A stretch of DNA of 62,156 nucleotides, counting the filler, from Streblomastix strix (Eukaryota), in NCBI GenBank assembly GCA_008636045.1. It is 4 parts of 4 records of this genome, joined end to end, with 100 filler letters (N's around TTAATTAATTAA, not from the genome) between each part and the next. Parts side by side here need not be neighbours in the genome. Positions count along the whole stretch, not along the records: positions 46,699 to 62,156 come from SNRW01000980.1; 3 more parts are not named here. The stretch is one strand, 5' to 3'. Both the position numbers and the translations under genes were made by a program. The notes under the pieces are model-generated. The model had not been told where the DNA came from, ran no database searches, and was given only the letters and a program-made list of their open reading frames with translations. This document shows, piece by piece, positions 49,153 to 61,246 of this stretch; within the stretch, counting starts at the first letter, position 1; each line of letters begins with the position of its first letter.

Positions 49153-49596
49153 TCAGAACTCCAGTAGTAATTCTAAAGTAAAGTCCATATGAGTAACATC
49201 CAGTTCATTCCCATCTTGATCCTTAAACCAAAAGTAGATCATAGGTCTACGATTCATTTGAGGGAATACTTTTGATGTCCTTTATTCATCACACATTCCA
49301 ACATAATAATCATTGTATTACTCTTCCTGTACAAGTGTTGAATGAAGAGATATTTTACGATGTTCAACTGGTGTTGTGTCAGGATCATTTTATAAGTTCA
49401 AATCATAGAAATATTTCTTAACTTTCCATGGAACTATGCATTAAACAAATGTTATTTTTCTTTCATTCTATGAATTTACGAAGTCTGTTGGTAATCTTCT
49501 TTGGAATGAATGCTATTCAACTTAAGTTTGTTCACGAGTTATAATAAAATGCTTTTTATTTTCAGCTATTTACATTGCCGAAGGCACATACGACAT
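49153..49596 (-). CDS. Putative minor capsid protein (penton, single jelly roll; 147 aa)
   Basis: Adjacent to the MCP; C-terminus 'IYFWFKDQDGNELDVTHMDFTLELLLEF' resembles penton C-terminal strands. Confidence 0.6.
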
Positions 49597-49691
49597 AGGT
49601 AGGATTGTTTCAGTTTTAGCAAAAATAATACTAACACTTTATTTTCAAGTTTTCAGGTAACCGAAGGTTCTCACGTAAAATCTTTGATTTT

Positions 49692-51404
49692 TCACCCGGT
49701 AACACTTCCAATTACTTCATCAAATGAATGAGTAGTATCATAAATGCATGAACCTCCTTGATTGGGACTAAATAACCAAAACGTGTCATGAACTGTGCAT
49801 AGAATTGGAGGTGGAGGCCTTTTTCCACTTGTATCAACGTTAAAGTACGAATCGGTAACACCTTGAAAGATTGGTGCACCACGTAATTCAATTGAAGTAT
49901 TTTGGTTCTTAGTATCAAGTCCATCAAAAGTTAACGCACCGTTAGAATTACGCTCGCATTATAAAGTAATCATGAATGAAGTTAGATCAGTATGTGGATT
50001 AAGTCTTCTTGTTGCAGTATTTCTTGGTGTTGTTAATGCATCTTCAAACTCATCAGTTGCTTCAAATAAGAGATCTAAATTACTAGCATTCAATTATAAT
50101 TGGAAGAATTATTAATCAGTAGTATTCATTGGCATATCTGGGAAGTTTCTTCAACAAGTTGTCAATTACATATTATGATAGCATGGATTTTCAAAACAAG
50201 TTGTTGCTCTAGCATCTTTTGGGAATAGAAGACAGAAATCGGTAACATGAGATAATGGAATATTTTAAGAAGTTCTTATTCCAGTAAGTGTTGCTGAAGT
50301 TGGGAATGGCCATATTTCAACTCTCTAAGCTGGAACTACAAATGGACGAGTAGAATAAAATGCTCTCACTCTTTCAAGACATTCATCAGTTGCTTTATAT
50401 TCAGCCATATTTGCTGTAACTTCAGTTACCACATAATTCATCATCGAAATTGTTACAGGTTTAATTTCGCAAATTAAATTCTTCAAGCCACTTTGGGTTA
50501 ATTCTTCAGTTTTGATACCAGTAATTAAATCAGCTGTACATCCAAGTTGTGTAAATTGATTCGTGTACTAAAATGTTAAGCTCCAATTACGGAAGAAGAG
50601 ATCAATATCCATCAATTTTTATTATCCAGAACTCAGCAACTCATCTTTATTCATTGTATAATATTTTGCAAGGGATATTGTAGGATTCACTTAAGAAAAT
50701 ACGAAAGCATTTGGATTTATCTTGAATTTTATCTTAAGATCTCCAAACATTCCATTCGGATAATCTGTAAAAGCTGAGAAAATGAGTAAATCATCTAATG
50801 GAACAGATATTCTGAATCTTACAGGCATTTTATAAGGAACACTGCCTTAATCCGCTATTGCTTCTTCAATCTCTCTCATTGTAATATAAGTGCCACAAGC
50901 TGATGTATCAAATTTATGGATGTTTTCGTATAATGAATGGATATGTTTTCTGTTATTTTTCTCTGATTTTGGCTTGATAGTGTTATAAATGAATGATTCA
51001 GTAGTTGCATCATTCCATAAGCTTCCATCAATAGTTCTACCACGATGATATATGGTATATTCGCGTATGATATTACTCCCCGACTTCAATCCTACAAATA
51101 AAACTACTCCATCTTTGTAAGCATCATCGAATCCTGAAAAATTATTATCAAACAATAGATTTGCAATCATAACTATGGATAAGAATGAATTCTATATCTG
51201 AGTAATATCATGGTCACTATCTGATAAACTTATCATAATTTCTTTATCAAATAATGCTGGCATCTGTGATTCGGGCTTAATCTCCTTAATTGAATAATGA
51301 TGTTCACCATCATTTTTGAACGGTGTCACGGCATTTGATTCCAATACTCCTTCAATTGTGTTCAACGATTGTATTTAGATTGCTTTTGCTAGAAAACGAT
51401 TCAT
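49692..51404 (-). CDS. Putative major capsid protein (double jelly roll; 570 codons) with one in-frame TGA at 50151-50153
   Basis: Size, beta-rich composition and position between ATPase/penton and other structural genes. 'LFVGLKSGSNIIREYTI...ESFIYNTIKPK...HIHSLYENI...SACGTYI' recalls capsids of metamonad (Trichomonas-type) Mavericks (from memory, not searched). Confidence 0.75.
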
Positions 51405-51459
51405 ACTAATTTGTGAAACAACAAAAATAATTGATTAATTACAATTTGATTATAGATGC

Positions 51460-51783
51460 TCACTTATTTTCTTATCCGATTAGTTTTATCCTTCTACTCA
51501 ATGATTCAATAGGTAAATTCTATTTGACAAACGTATCGTTACGAAAGTCTTTAAAATTATCTTTTACTTTTTATTTTGATCCTTTACCTCCAAATGTATC
51601 AATTGTAGATGATCCTAAGTTAATTCCTTTAGTAATCATACCCCCGGCTGGTCCTAACGCTGGTGCAATTAAATTCGCAGCTGGAATTACGTATGGTTTT
51701 ATCACTTTTTCATTTACCCAAGACAATCCTTTGCCTAATTTTTGCGCAAGAGCTTTGATTTTACTGAAAATTCCGACAGCCAT
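51460..51783 (-). CDS. Small basic protein with an N-terminal amphipathic helix (protein VI-like candidate; 107 aa)
   Basis: MAVGIFSKIKALAQKLGKGLSWVNEKVIKPY...; immediately upstream of the MCP. Confidence 0.7.
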
Positions 51784-51839
51784 CTTTTTAATAGTATTCT
51801 TGTTTCGATTTAACAAAAATAATTGAGTAAGAATTTCTT

Positions 51840-52439
51840 TCAATCTATTCCTCGTATCTTCTTGAACTTATTCAATGATATCTTTCGAGTTTTATTATCT
51901 ATATCCCTTGCATGAACATATTTTGCTCCATCTTATTATTCATTGAGATATAATTTTCGATAAGCAACTCCATTGTAGAAATAGAAACTATTTTAATGAA
52001 AATATAAGTTTTCAAACTAATAGCCAATATATTCATCAACAACTATTGATTCTTCATCAATTTCATCAAAATACTCATATGTTATTCCTCCTTATTTTGA
52101 TTTATTCTTTTAATTTTCGCTTTTCGTAGACCATCTTAAATTCTCTATTCGATTATCAGTTCTGACGCGATTTTTATGATCAATGTCAGTATAAATTGAA
52201 GGATTAATGTTATTAATATATTATAATCCAACTAATCGGTGCAAACTTTCATTTTTTCCTTTAATTGGTATTTGATAGTATCCATTTGCCAGATAAAATT
52301 TATATTCATGTTAATCTCTTATTCTTCTAATTTTCCATGGTTGTTCAGCATCGTCTTCATCAAATCTAATCTCAAAATCATTATCAAATTTTAATACTTA
52401 CCAATCTGAAATATTTGCTTATTCAATTTATTCAGTCAT
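51840..52439 (-). CDS. HNH (HNH_3-like) homing endonuclease (199 aa)
   Basis: 'LHRLVGLQYI...DIDHKNRVRTDNRIENLRWSTKSEN'. Confidence 0.88.
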
Positions 52440-52531
52440 AGTTTTTTGAAAAAATAAAAATAAATTATTTTTCTAATTTGAAATTATTAAACAAAAATAA
52501 ATTATTTAAACACTTGTGATTAATTTTATCA

Positions 52532-54163
52532 TCATACATAATAGCTTCCACTGATATAATAAACTCTACCTCTATTAGTATCATAAACAGGATCACTTAA
52601 ATAAATATATAGACCTTTATCACCAGAATCCATCTTTGCATAACTTGATGATCTCTTATCAAAATATGATAATGCAGGAACAGTTATATAGCATGATGAA
52701 GGGAAATATTTATTAGTTAATGGAACAATTTCATCGGGTAACCAGCAAAGCATTAAATTAGGACTAACGTTATTATTATCTAGTTATTCAATATAAAAAT
52801 TGAACACAATTAAATTATTTACTCCATCATTTACTCGATACAATGTACTATCTTTAATTATTGTTGGTGGAGCATAACCTTCGTTAATTATTTCAATCTA
52901 TCCATTTCTAAAATAATCAGCAAATTATACTTAATCCATGAAATCAGTTATTGTATAATTAGTAAATAATGGTGCTCTTCCTATTTTACTATCATGTTGT
53001 ACAATCACTTCATCTATTTTTGACGAAGCTTTATTTGTTGTTTCAGGATCTGTTGAATCAGGATTTATATAAGTATCATTAATATATGTACCAGCAAATT
53101 CTACATCTCTATTACCCGGTTATCCATTAAATTTCACTTCCATCTTATTTTTATTAAATATATCAGCATCCCCGTTAGGTTTCACATCCATATGAGCATA
53201 GAATTCTTATTAACAAGGATGTACAGTAAAATATTTAGTTTTTTATGTAAGAAACCTAGGATTAATCTTTTGAAAAACTTTATAGTAATTTAATGAATTA
53301 TCACTAACATTAGATTTAAAATTAAACGTTATCTATGGTCCATCAATCAAATAAAACATTGCTCTATCAGGACCATATATTGAAACTGGATCAATTAATA
53401 AATTGCTACTTAACCAATTATATTTTGCAGATTCAGGTCCTAATGATTTTTATTCAAGTACATCTGATTAATGCTTTACAATTTCATACACCCAAGATTA
53501 TGTCTTATATTCTCCTCCTTTAGCAATTTCATTCCATGTATCTTAAATATCTAATTTATTATCATTGTTGCTATCATGTAATGCTTATTTAATTGGTGTA
53601 TATTCTGTATAATAAGTACCCGATAAAATAATAGTAATACCAGATTATAAATCTTCATCTCCATCTAATGAAATATAAGGACCGTTTTAATCAATATATC
53701 CGAATATATTATTTTTCTACAATGAATCTGATCCAACTATTATAATAATTTTATCTTCAATTCTTGGTTTTGCTTATTCAGGCCAATTTTCAAATATATA
53801 ACCATGAAAATAATTAGTTGTTTTTAATGAGAAATTGTAAGTAATTTTCTTTTTTGAAACACTCAATTATTGCATTTATTAATTAACCAACCATGTACAA
53901 CCTTCAGCTATCTCAAGTCCATCTTATAAATCAACTTTTGGTTATACGTTTTCTACTGGTGGAGGAACAAATTCATTTTCTTCATCATTAATTATTGCAG
54001 CGTTCTTTTTCACTTATTCTTATAACGTTTATTCACCAATCGGAATGGGTTATGGTTATTCTTCACTTGATTTTGGTTCTCGTTCTTTAATATAAGCGTA
54101 TAGGTCAGGAAAATCAGTTAACCCAGCTGCTTCAAGTAATTTTTCGTCAATATACACTGTCAT
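52532..54163 (-). CDS. Beta-rich putative structural/receptor-binding protein (about 543 aa; alternative start 54238)
   Basis: Continuous TAR=Gln frame; three segments end in similar SGTY/AGTY/SGSY motifs; start chosen from the upstream TTATTTTTG motif. Confidence 0.7.
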
Positions 54164-54251
54164 TATATTTGGAATCAAACAAAAATAATACTCTTTACTC
54201 TTTATTGCTCTGACAGTCGGTATTAAATACGATTTCATTGGATCAGAGATA

Positions 54252-57200
54252 TCAACCTTATGGCGCAATCCACCAACCATATATTGTTATTTCGAGTGTA
54301 TTAGCCCATGATGATGTTGTTGTGTTAACGTATATTGTTGAATTGCTTGCTGATACATACATTTTTATTGAGTTAGTTGTATCTCTTGCAACAATTAATG
54401 GAGTATCTGATGCAGGATGATTTAAAAAACTTAATGACGCTACACTATCTGATGTAGATGCAGAAATGATATTATATGGATGAACGGTACCCCTGAATAG
54501 TCTCAATTTCCCAATTTTGATAAATGTAGTGTTTGTAAATACCATATTAGCTCCATAACCAGAAACTGTTGATGTTAAATCTTCAACTCCTCCAAATGCT
54601 GATATCAACATGTCACCTCCACCTGCTAATAGAACAGATGTATCATCCTTACTTGTTTTAGCAAATCCTGTAGCAGTAACATTACTAGTAAATGTCTTTG
54701 ATCCTGCAATTGTTTGCGTTGAGGTTTTATCGACATAATTCGTCAGTTTTACATCTACTTCTGCTCTTGTCAAATAATCTTCATCATACTCAGATATTGA
54801 TTCCTCATCTACATCTTTTCGCAATACTCCATGAATTCGTTATACAGTTTAACCTTATTTTTATACAAATCCTTATTTTCCATCTGATTTGGTTATATAT
54901 TGGGATGGCTCAAGATTTACAAATGATATTTCACTACCACTTCTTATTAAATATCCTTCAATTGATTATGTTTCTTATCCCGTTTTCTTCAGATAATTCG
55001 AATCATCAACGCTTCCACCAAATTCAGATATTTGTTTTGTACCTCCTGCTCCAAGTAATACAACGCTATCATCTGCACCTGATTTGACAAATGATGAACC
55101 AGTTACTGTTCCCATTCCATCAATTGAACTTGTAAATCTACAAGCATTCTAAAAAGTTTTATTTGCTGTTATTGTCTATGATGTACCTAAGGTCATATAA
55201 TTTTCTAGATCAGTTGTATATGCTTTCTCACCTAATAATTCATCTGTTTTAGTTTTTGTGTAATAGCTGCTCAAATCAACATCTCCAACATCAATCTATG
55301 CTATTAAATTATCGGTTTCTGTTTTGGTATAGGTGGTCGATTAATTTGCTTTATTATTTAAGAGATTATTTGTTTCTGTTTTTGTATATGAATCAATCAA
55401 TTATGTCTTATCTGCTTTCAATAACAATAACGCATCATCCTACGATTTAGTGTATGAATCGATCAGTTATGTTTTAACTGCTTTTAATAACAGTAACGCA
55501 TCATCTTACGATTTTGTATAGGTTGTTGATTGATTTGCTTTATCGTTCAATAAGTTATTGGTTTCTGTTTTTGTGTATGAATCTATTAATTATGTTTTGT
55601 CCGCTTTAAGTAATAGTAACGCATCATCTTACGATTTTGTGTATGTTGTTGATTAATCAGCTTTTAAACCTAATTTAGTATCTGTCTCAGTCTTCGTATA
55701 TGAATCTATCAGTTAAGTTTTATCAGCCTTCAACAATAAGAGCGCATCATCCTCCGATTTGGTATAAGAAACACCAGTATTTGCTTTGTTATTTAAGAGA
55801 TTATTAGTTTCTGTTTAAGAATAAGTTTCATTTTTGCTATAGTAGTTACTCAAATCAACACTTGCGTTTATATCAGCAATTGATCTAACACCACCGCCAG
55901 CTAAAATAACATTAGAATTATCGTAATCTTAATATGTAATACCAACAGAATGAATAGTTGTTGTGAATGTTTTTTAGCCAGTTATCGTCTGATTGTATTC
56001 CAAATCAACGAAATTTTTATTTTTCGCTGGAGTCAATATATTTCCATCAATCGATAAATCAGTTATTGCATTACCGCTTCCAGTTGTAGTTCCAAGTGTT
56101 GTTACAACATTTGTTAAATCAGGTAGTTAAGTTTCTAATTCTCTTAGCTAAGTTCCATCCCACCAATAATCAGTAACTGATGAATCAATTATATATAAAT
56201 TGTTACCAATCACTAAATTAGCAACATTATCGGGAACAGCCATCCAATCATTCAAATCTTATAACGTATCGAACACATATCCTCATGATCGTCCTGTTGC
56301 AATATCTCTTACTTCTTACAATTATGGTTAATTTACTAAGCTACTTACTAACATATCACCACCGCCTGCGAGAAGAATTGATGCGTCATTTTTGGTAAGT
56401 TTTGATATGGTTGTTGCAGAAATTACTCCGAATTATTTAGCACCATTTATTGTTTGAGCTGATTATAAATCAACGTATTATGTTAAATCTGATCTATCAG
56501 CTTTATCATCAAGTAACCCATCTGTTTCACTTTTGTTGTAATAACTTTCAAGCGTTGCTGTATTTGCTTTTTCATCCAATAATCCATCTACTTATTCAGT
56601 TGTATAATAATTTTCAAGTGTTGTTTCATTTACTTTTTCATCAAGCAGTTAATCCGTTTCTGTCTTAGTATAGACTTCGTCTTTGGCATAAGTTTCGCTT
56701 TTGCTATAAGCATCTATCAATTCTGATTTATCTGCTTTTTCATCCAACAACTAATCTGTTTCAGTTTTGCTATAAGCATCTATCAATTCTGTTTTATCAG
56801 CTTTTTCATCCAACAACTAATCTGTTTCTGTCTTAGAGTATGCGTCTATCAATTCTGATTTATCTGCTTTTTCATCCAACAACTAATCTGTTTCAGTTTT
56901 GCTATAAGCATCTATCAATTCTGATTTATCAGCTTTTTCATCCAACAACTAATCTGTTTCAGTTTTGGTGTATGCGTCTATCAATTCAGATTTGTCAGCT
57001 TTTTCGTCAAGCAATTAATCATCTTCTGATTTACTATATGAAGTACCAACATTAGATTTTTCATCAAGAAATTCATCAACTTCTGTTTTATTATAAACTT
57101 CAACTTTAGCATAAGTTTCAAATTTACTGTAATATTCATCAAGATCAGTTTTGTCAGCTTTGCCATCAAATAACTCATTTGCTTCAGTTCTTGTATATAC

Positions 57201-57353
57201 ATCAGGTGCAGGTGCGTTATTAATCATATTGATTTAGTTATTAATATTTGTAATTTATTACACGATTCCAATAGAGTTTGTACGATTCGATCCAAATAAC
57301 GTCTCATCATGTTTCAAGACAACATCAAGCATATGTAAGTCCCCGTCAGACAT
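54252..57353 (-). CDS. Phage-like tail-fibre protein (1033 codons) with one in-frame TGA at 56283-56285
   Basis: Many Y(S/T)KxExD repeats (YSKTETDQLLDEKADKSELIDA); several 'QTI.G.K.F...(S/V)(I/V)LLAGGG' modules; C-terminal beta head ending 'ITIYGWWIAPQG'. Confidence 0.8.
55295..55830 (-). repeat. Second block of fibre shaft repeats (mixed 66/54-bp units)
   Basis: Recurring 'YTKSQDDALLLLKADKTQLIDS' and 'YTKTETNNLLN' units. Confidence 0.8.
56640..57015 (-). repeat. 66-bp tandem repeat, about 5 near-identical copies, in the fibre gene
   Basis: GCATCTATCAATTCTGATTTATCTGCTTTTTCATCCAACAACTAATCTGTTTCAGTTTTGCTATAA recurs at 66-bp period. Confidence 0.93.
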
Positions 57354-57402
57354 TTTTATAAGGGTTTTCAACAAAAATAAACTCTTTATCTCCTATAATT
57401 TC

Positions 57403-58080
57403 TCAAACCTTAGATAAAACTTACATCAATCCAGATGAGACTGCTCGCATAATTCTTGATGAAATCTCTCCTAAATCCAGTATTGAAGATATTTTTCTAA
57501 CCTTTTACAGACATATTTTATAAGAATCTCTCAGTAAATTTGCTTTATCTGTGTCTAATGTTAAGATATTTACGTTCGATATTGCAATATCAGTTACTGT
57601 AACAGTTCCATCATTACAGAATTTACTACAATAAGTTTCATCTTCAATTAGTATTTCCACTTAACTTTCTGGAACTTCATAAGTATATGCTACGACACGA
57701 ATCAATTAAGGCTATGATAAAATGAAATGTGCCGATTCTTTAATCATATGTTCATCTTCACTTATGATATCTAATAACCATTTGCAAACTGTCGGATCAG
57801 GTATGATTGTTTCTTCAAATATTGATGATCTTCGTCGAGATTAAATTTAAATTGACTAGTATTCACTCCGTTCACGCTCTAAAGAGTTATTCTTTTCGAA
57901 AGGCGATTTTACTTCAACTATGGTTTATATCGGCCTAGGAGAAACTAACGTTTACAAAGATGCTTAAGATGGAGATGATGACCTTAAAACTTAACTCACA
58001 TTTATTTATTTAGTGTTTGTCCACGCGGAACTCGCTACGTTCGCACTCTAAAGGGATTAAACAGAATGTTGTTCATCCAT
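57403..58080 (-). CDS. Hypothetical viral protein (225 aa)
   Basis: Open from ATG to TGA: MDEQHSVQ...GLMQVLSKV. Confidence 0.7.
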
Positions 58081-58187
58081 ATGTTATAAATCGTTTGGAC
58101 CATAATAAAATCGATTTTTGGCATTTCACTTATAATTATTGAACATTGTTTTGATTTTATCTTTGACACAAAGTTAGCAAACTATCA

Positions 58188-59267
58188 ATGACAACATCAA
58201 CATAATAATGGGGTCCAGCATCAGATGATATGCCATGGGATTCGAGTCCATTCCAGCCAGCTGAAAATTTATTTGAGATTGATACTAAAACACCGTTTGA
58301 TCAATAAGCTTATGATTAAAGATTGAAGTACGCATATGATATGGGAATGTTAAAACCTGCACCAAAAAGAAAATTTATAAATATTTCTCAATTACCTGTG
58401 TATGAATAGCTTGATTATAAACCTCCGAGAAAACTTGGTAAAAGATAAAGTCAAGGACCAAGCACTGATTTAGATGAAGCAATGACATAATTAGGATATC
58501 TTGTTGCGGGAAAACTTCATAGAGATATTTCAAAAGTTGATAGACTTATTCAGCCTTAAAGTGCTTAAGATTGGTTGAGAGAAAAGAAATTAGATAAGAA
58601 AGGATGGACAGTATCTTCGGAAGATTTTGATAACGATGCTTCCACTCCAAATGATACAATCGTAAGAAATGGCTAAGGAAAAATGTTTTCAATTGCTGGT
58701 TATCGTACTACAGCACCTAAAAAGAGACTTTAAACAATGTTATATGATGAAGCTAATCCAAAAAAACAAGATCGTAAAAGAACTTCAATGAAAACATGGT
58801 ATGATGCTAATGTTAAACCAAATAAATATGTTTCTCCATGGAATTACTTCAAGAAATTAGTTGCTTAAGCTCTTAAAGGTTTTGGTCATCGAATACAAAA
58901 AGTATAAGAAGTTGGAGAAGATATTCATAATAAATAAAGAAATGCTTATACAATTCTACCAAGTGTTATTTGGAGGGATCATTTTATTAAGAAATTGTTG
59001 CCAAATTTCTTATCTCCGGAAATTGCAAATACGTACGCTTAAGTAGATTTATCAGAGTTAGATAAGAAAGATCCAGGTAAATATAAATAAATAAATGATA
59101 ATGCAAAAGCATATTTCGATAGTTTATTCGAGTATGATCCAAGTGGAAGATTAATTAAAGCTCCTGCATAAATTGACATTGAAATTGCTCAAGCGGTTAA
59201 AAATGCAATTCTTTCAGGAAAAGATAAGTAAAATAATTTCTTGTTTAATGTTTCTGAATTAATTTGA
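58188..59267 (+). CDS. Hypothetical viral protein (359 aa, Lys-rich; possible core protein)
   Basis: Open from ATG 58188 to TGA 59265-59267 with TAR=Gln. Confidence 0.8.
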
Positions 59268-59358
59268 GCCTACCATCTACGATGGCGCTCTAAAGAGTAC
59301 CTCTGTCGGCGCCACAAACGTGGACAAAAATAATAATTCTTAATACTTATTTCGATTT

Positions 59359-59790
59359 TCACTCTTATTTTTCCTCATTTTATTTTTCTTCATTTATAGA
59401 AAAATTTTCTATAGGTTTATTTAGTACAGTAGGCTCAAATTAATTTAGAATTTTATGCATTGTTACAAGTTGTGAAGGGTCAGTTATTATTATTGTTTAT
59501 AATCGTTTTATTAAATGTAATTGTGAAGGATCAGCCTAATTTCTGAAATTTTATTTTTATTAAGCATATTTTAATGCTAAAACCTTTCTTTATTACTTTG
59601 CTACTTCATTTGCTACTTCTTTTGATTAATATTTACATTATCGTCCTCTTTGAGTAACCGATTTTATCGTTTCATCTGAAATTTTTTCTGGTAAATTAAC
59701 TAATTTTTACTTTTTAGGTTATTTTGCATTTTTAACAGCAGCCAATGTTTCAAGTACAATTTATTAAATTTACTCTTTTTCCATTTCCAT
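59359..59790 (-). CDS. Small basic protein, possibly DNA-binding (143 aa)
   Basis: Open frame containing 'RGRQCKYQSKEVANEVAKQQRK'. Confidence 0.65.
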
Positions 59791-59849
59791 TTGGAAATTA
59801 TCAAAATAAATTTTGTGCAAAAATAATTTATGAAGTAAAACTTACGAAT

Positions 59850-61178
59850 TCAAATTCTAAATAATTATTTATATTATTTAAATTCTGGTGAATTTAACTA
59901 TTCATCATTTTCACAGACATATTTAGTATAATATATTGGAACTATAATTCTATCTAAATCTGTAAATGGTTTTAGTAGTAAACACTCAACATTACCATTG
60001 ATATATCTTAAAAACATTGCTAATTCGTTGAAATTTCATCTTTATTTCATAAAACGATGACTAGTTCTTGAATAATCGACATGAATCATAATAATATTTC
60101 CTCGTAAATACTTACGTAATCCTGATATTTATTATTTTGTTTTAATTTATCTTAGTTTCTTGTCATTTTTTCGTATGAAATATGCTTCAAGTTCTTATTA
60201 TCCATTAACTTATCTTGGTGTAAATTAATTTTCAAATGCACTATGTGGAGTATTATTATAAATTTCTACCATTTATGACATCAAAATTGGACTTTCAAAA
60301 GATCTCTCATCTAATCCAAATGCATTTCTAATTGTTCTTATAACAGAATCAACAACTCGATTGTGATTAGTCATTTCAATTGTATCATCAACAAAATATG
60401 TTTCTATATCAAATGCTTTATAAAATTACATAAGATAATTACTGGCAAATCCTTTTTCACCATCTCCCCTAATGTGAGTCATATTCTGATGTTGAACTAA
60501 ATTGAACAAAGCTTTTCTAATTTCTTCTTATGATTTATCATGTAAAGGATAGACAACAAGATATTTTGTATTGATATTGATGCAGAATAAATAAATTTAA
60601 TTGATTCGTACTAATTCAGGATTCATTGAGAAAGCAATATCAATTTCCCATGAACCAATATAATATGAGAAATATGGTCTTCCAAATTATTCGGGAAGTT
60701 ATTTAATTTAATAATCAGGAACTTTCAATGAAGGTGATTTTTTGTTTTGTTCCAATTTGATACCATGAACTTTTTCATAAGCTTCGACTTTGGATTTGAA
60801 TGGGAAATTTATTTGTTGAGGTAATTATTAATTGGAAATGTTTAAATTTTACCTAATATTTTATCTCTTCTTTCCTTTTTGCATCTCTTGCGTGAGATAA
60901 TCTTCATACCATTCGGTTACTGTTTTGCCTCCGTATTGTATTTTATTTGCGTTATCTATTATAACTTGAATTTCGTTATCATTATCTTAAATTTCGATTC
61001 TATTTACAAATTCTTCTAGATTTAGTCGACGAGGTTATTTTAAGATATCATTTATTGAAAATTTCATAGAATCTTCTGCAATACCCGTCTATACTTCATT
61101 TTAGTCAAATCTTTCCCGGAGATCATCAAGAATTTATGCAGGTGTTTTACTCTTACGAATACGTAAATTATGTAGCAT
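59850..61178 (-). CDS. Retroviral-like (rve) integrase, 442 codons, with one in-frame TGA at 60036-60038
   Basis: 'GSWEIDI', 'YLFCININTKYLVVYPL', 'IRGDGEKGF', 'NRVVDSVIRTIR', 'YNNTPHS'. Confidence 0.88.
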
Positions 61179-61246
61179 AAGTTACTTTCAGTAAGCATAA
61201 ATAAATCAATTATCATTTATATCGATCAATGATTCACACAATGTGT

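Noticed and set aside
56640..57015. 66-bp periodic array resembling a CRISPR array
   Set aside because: No unique spacers; units are in-frame coding repeats of the fibre gene; no cas genes; eukaryotic context
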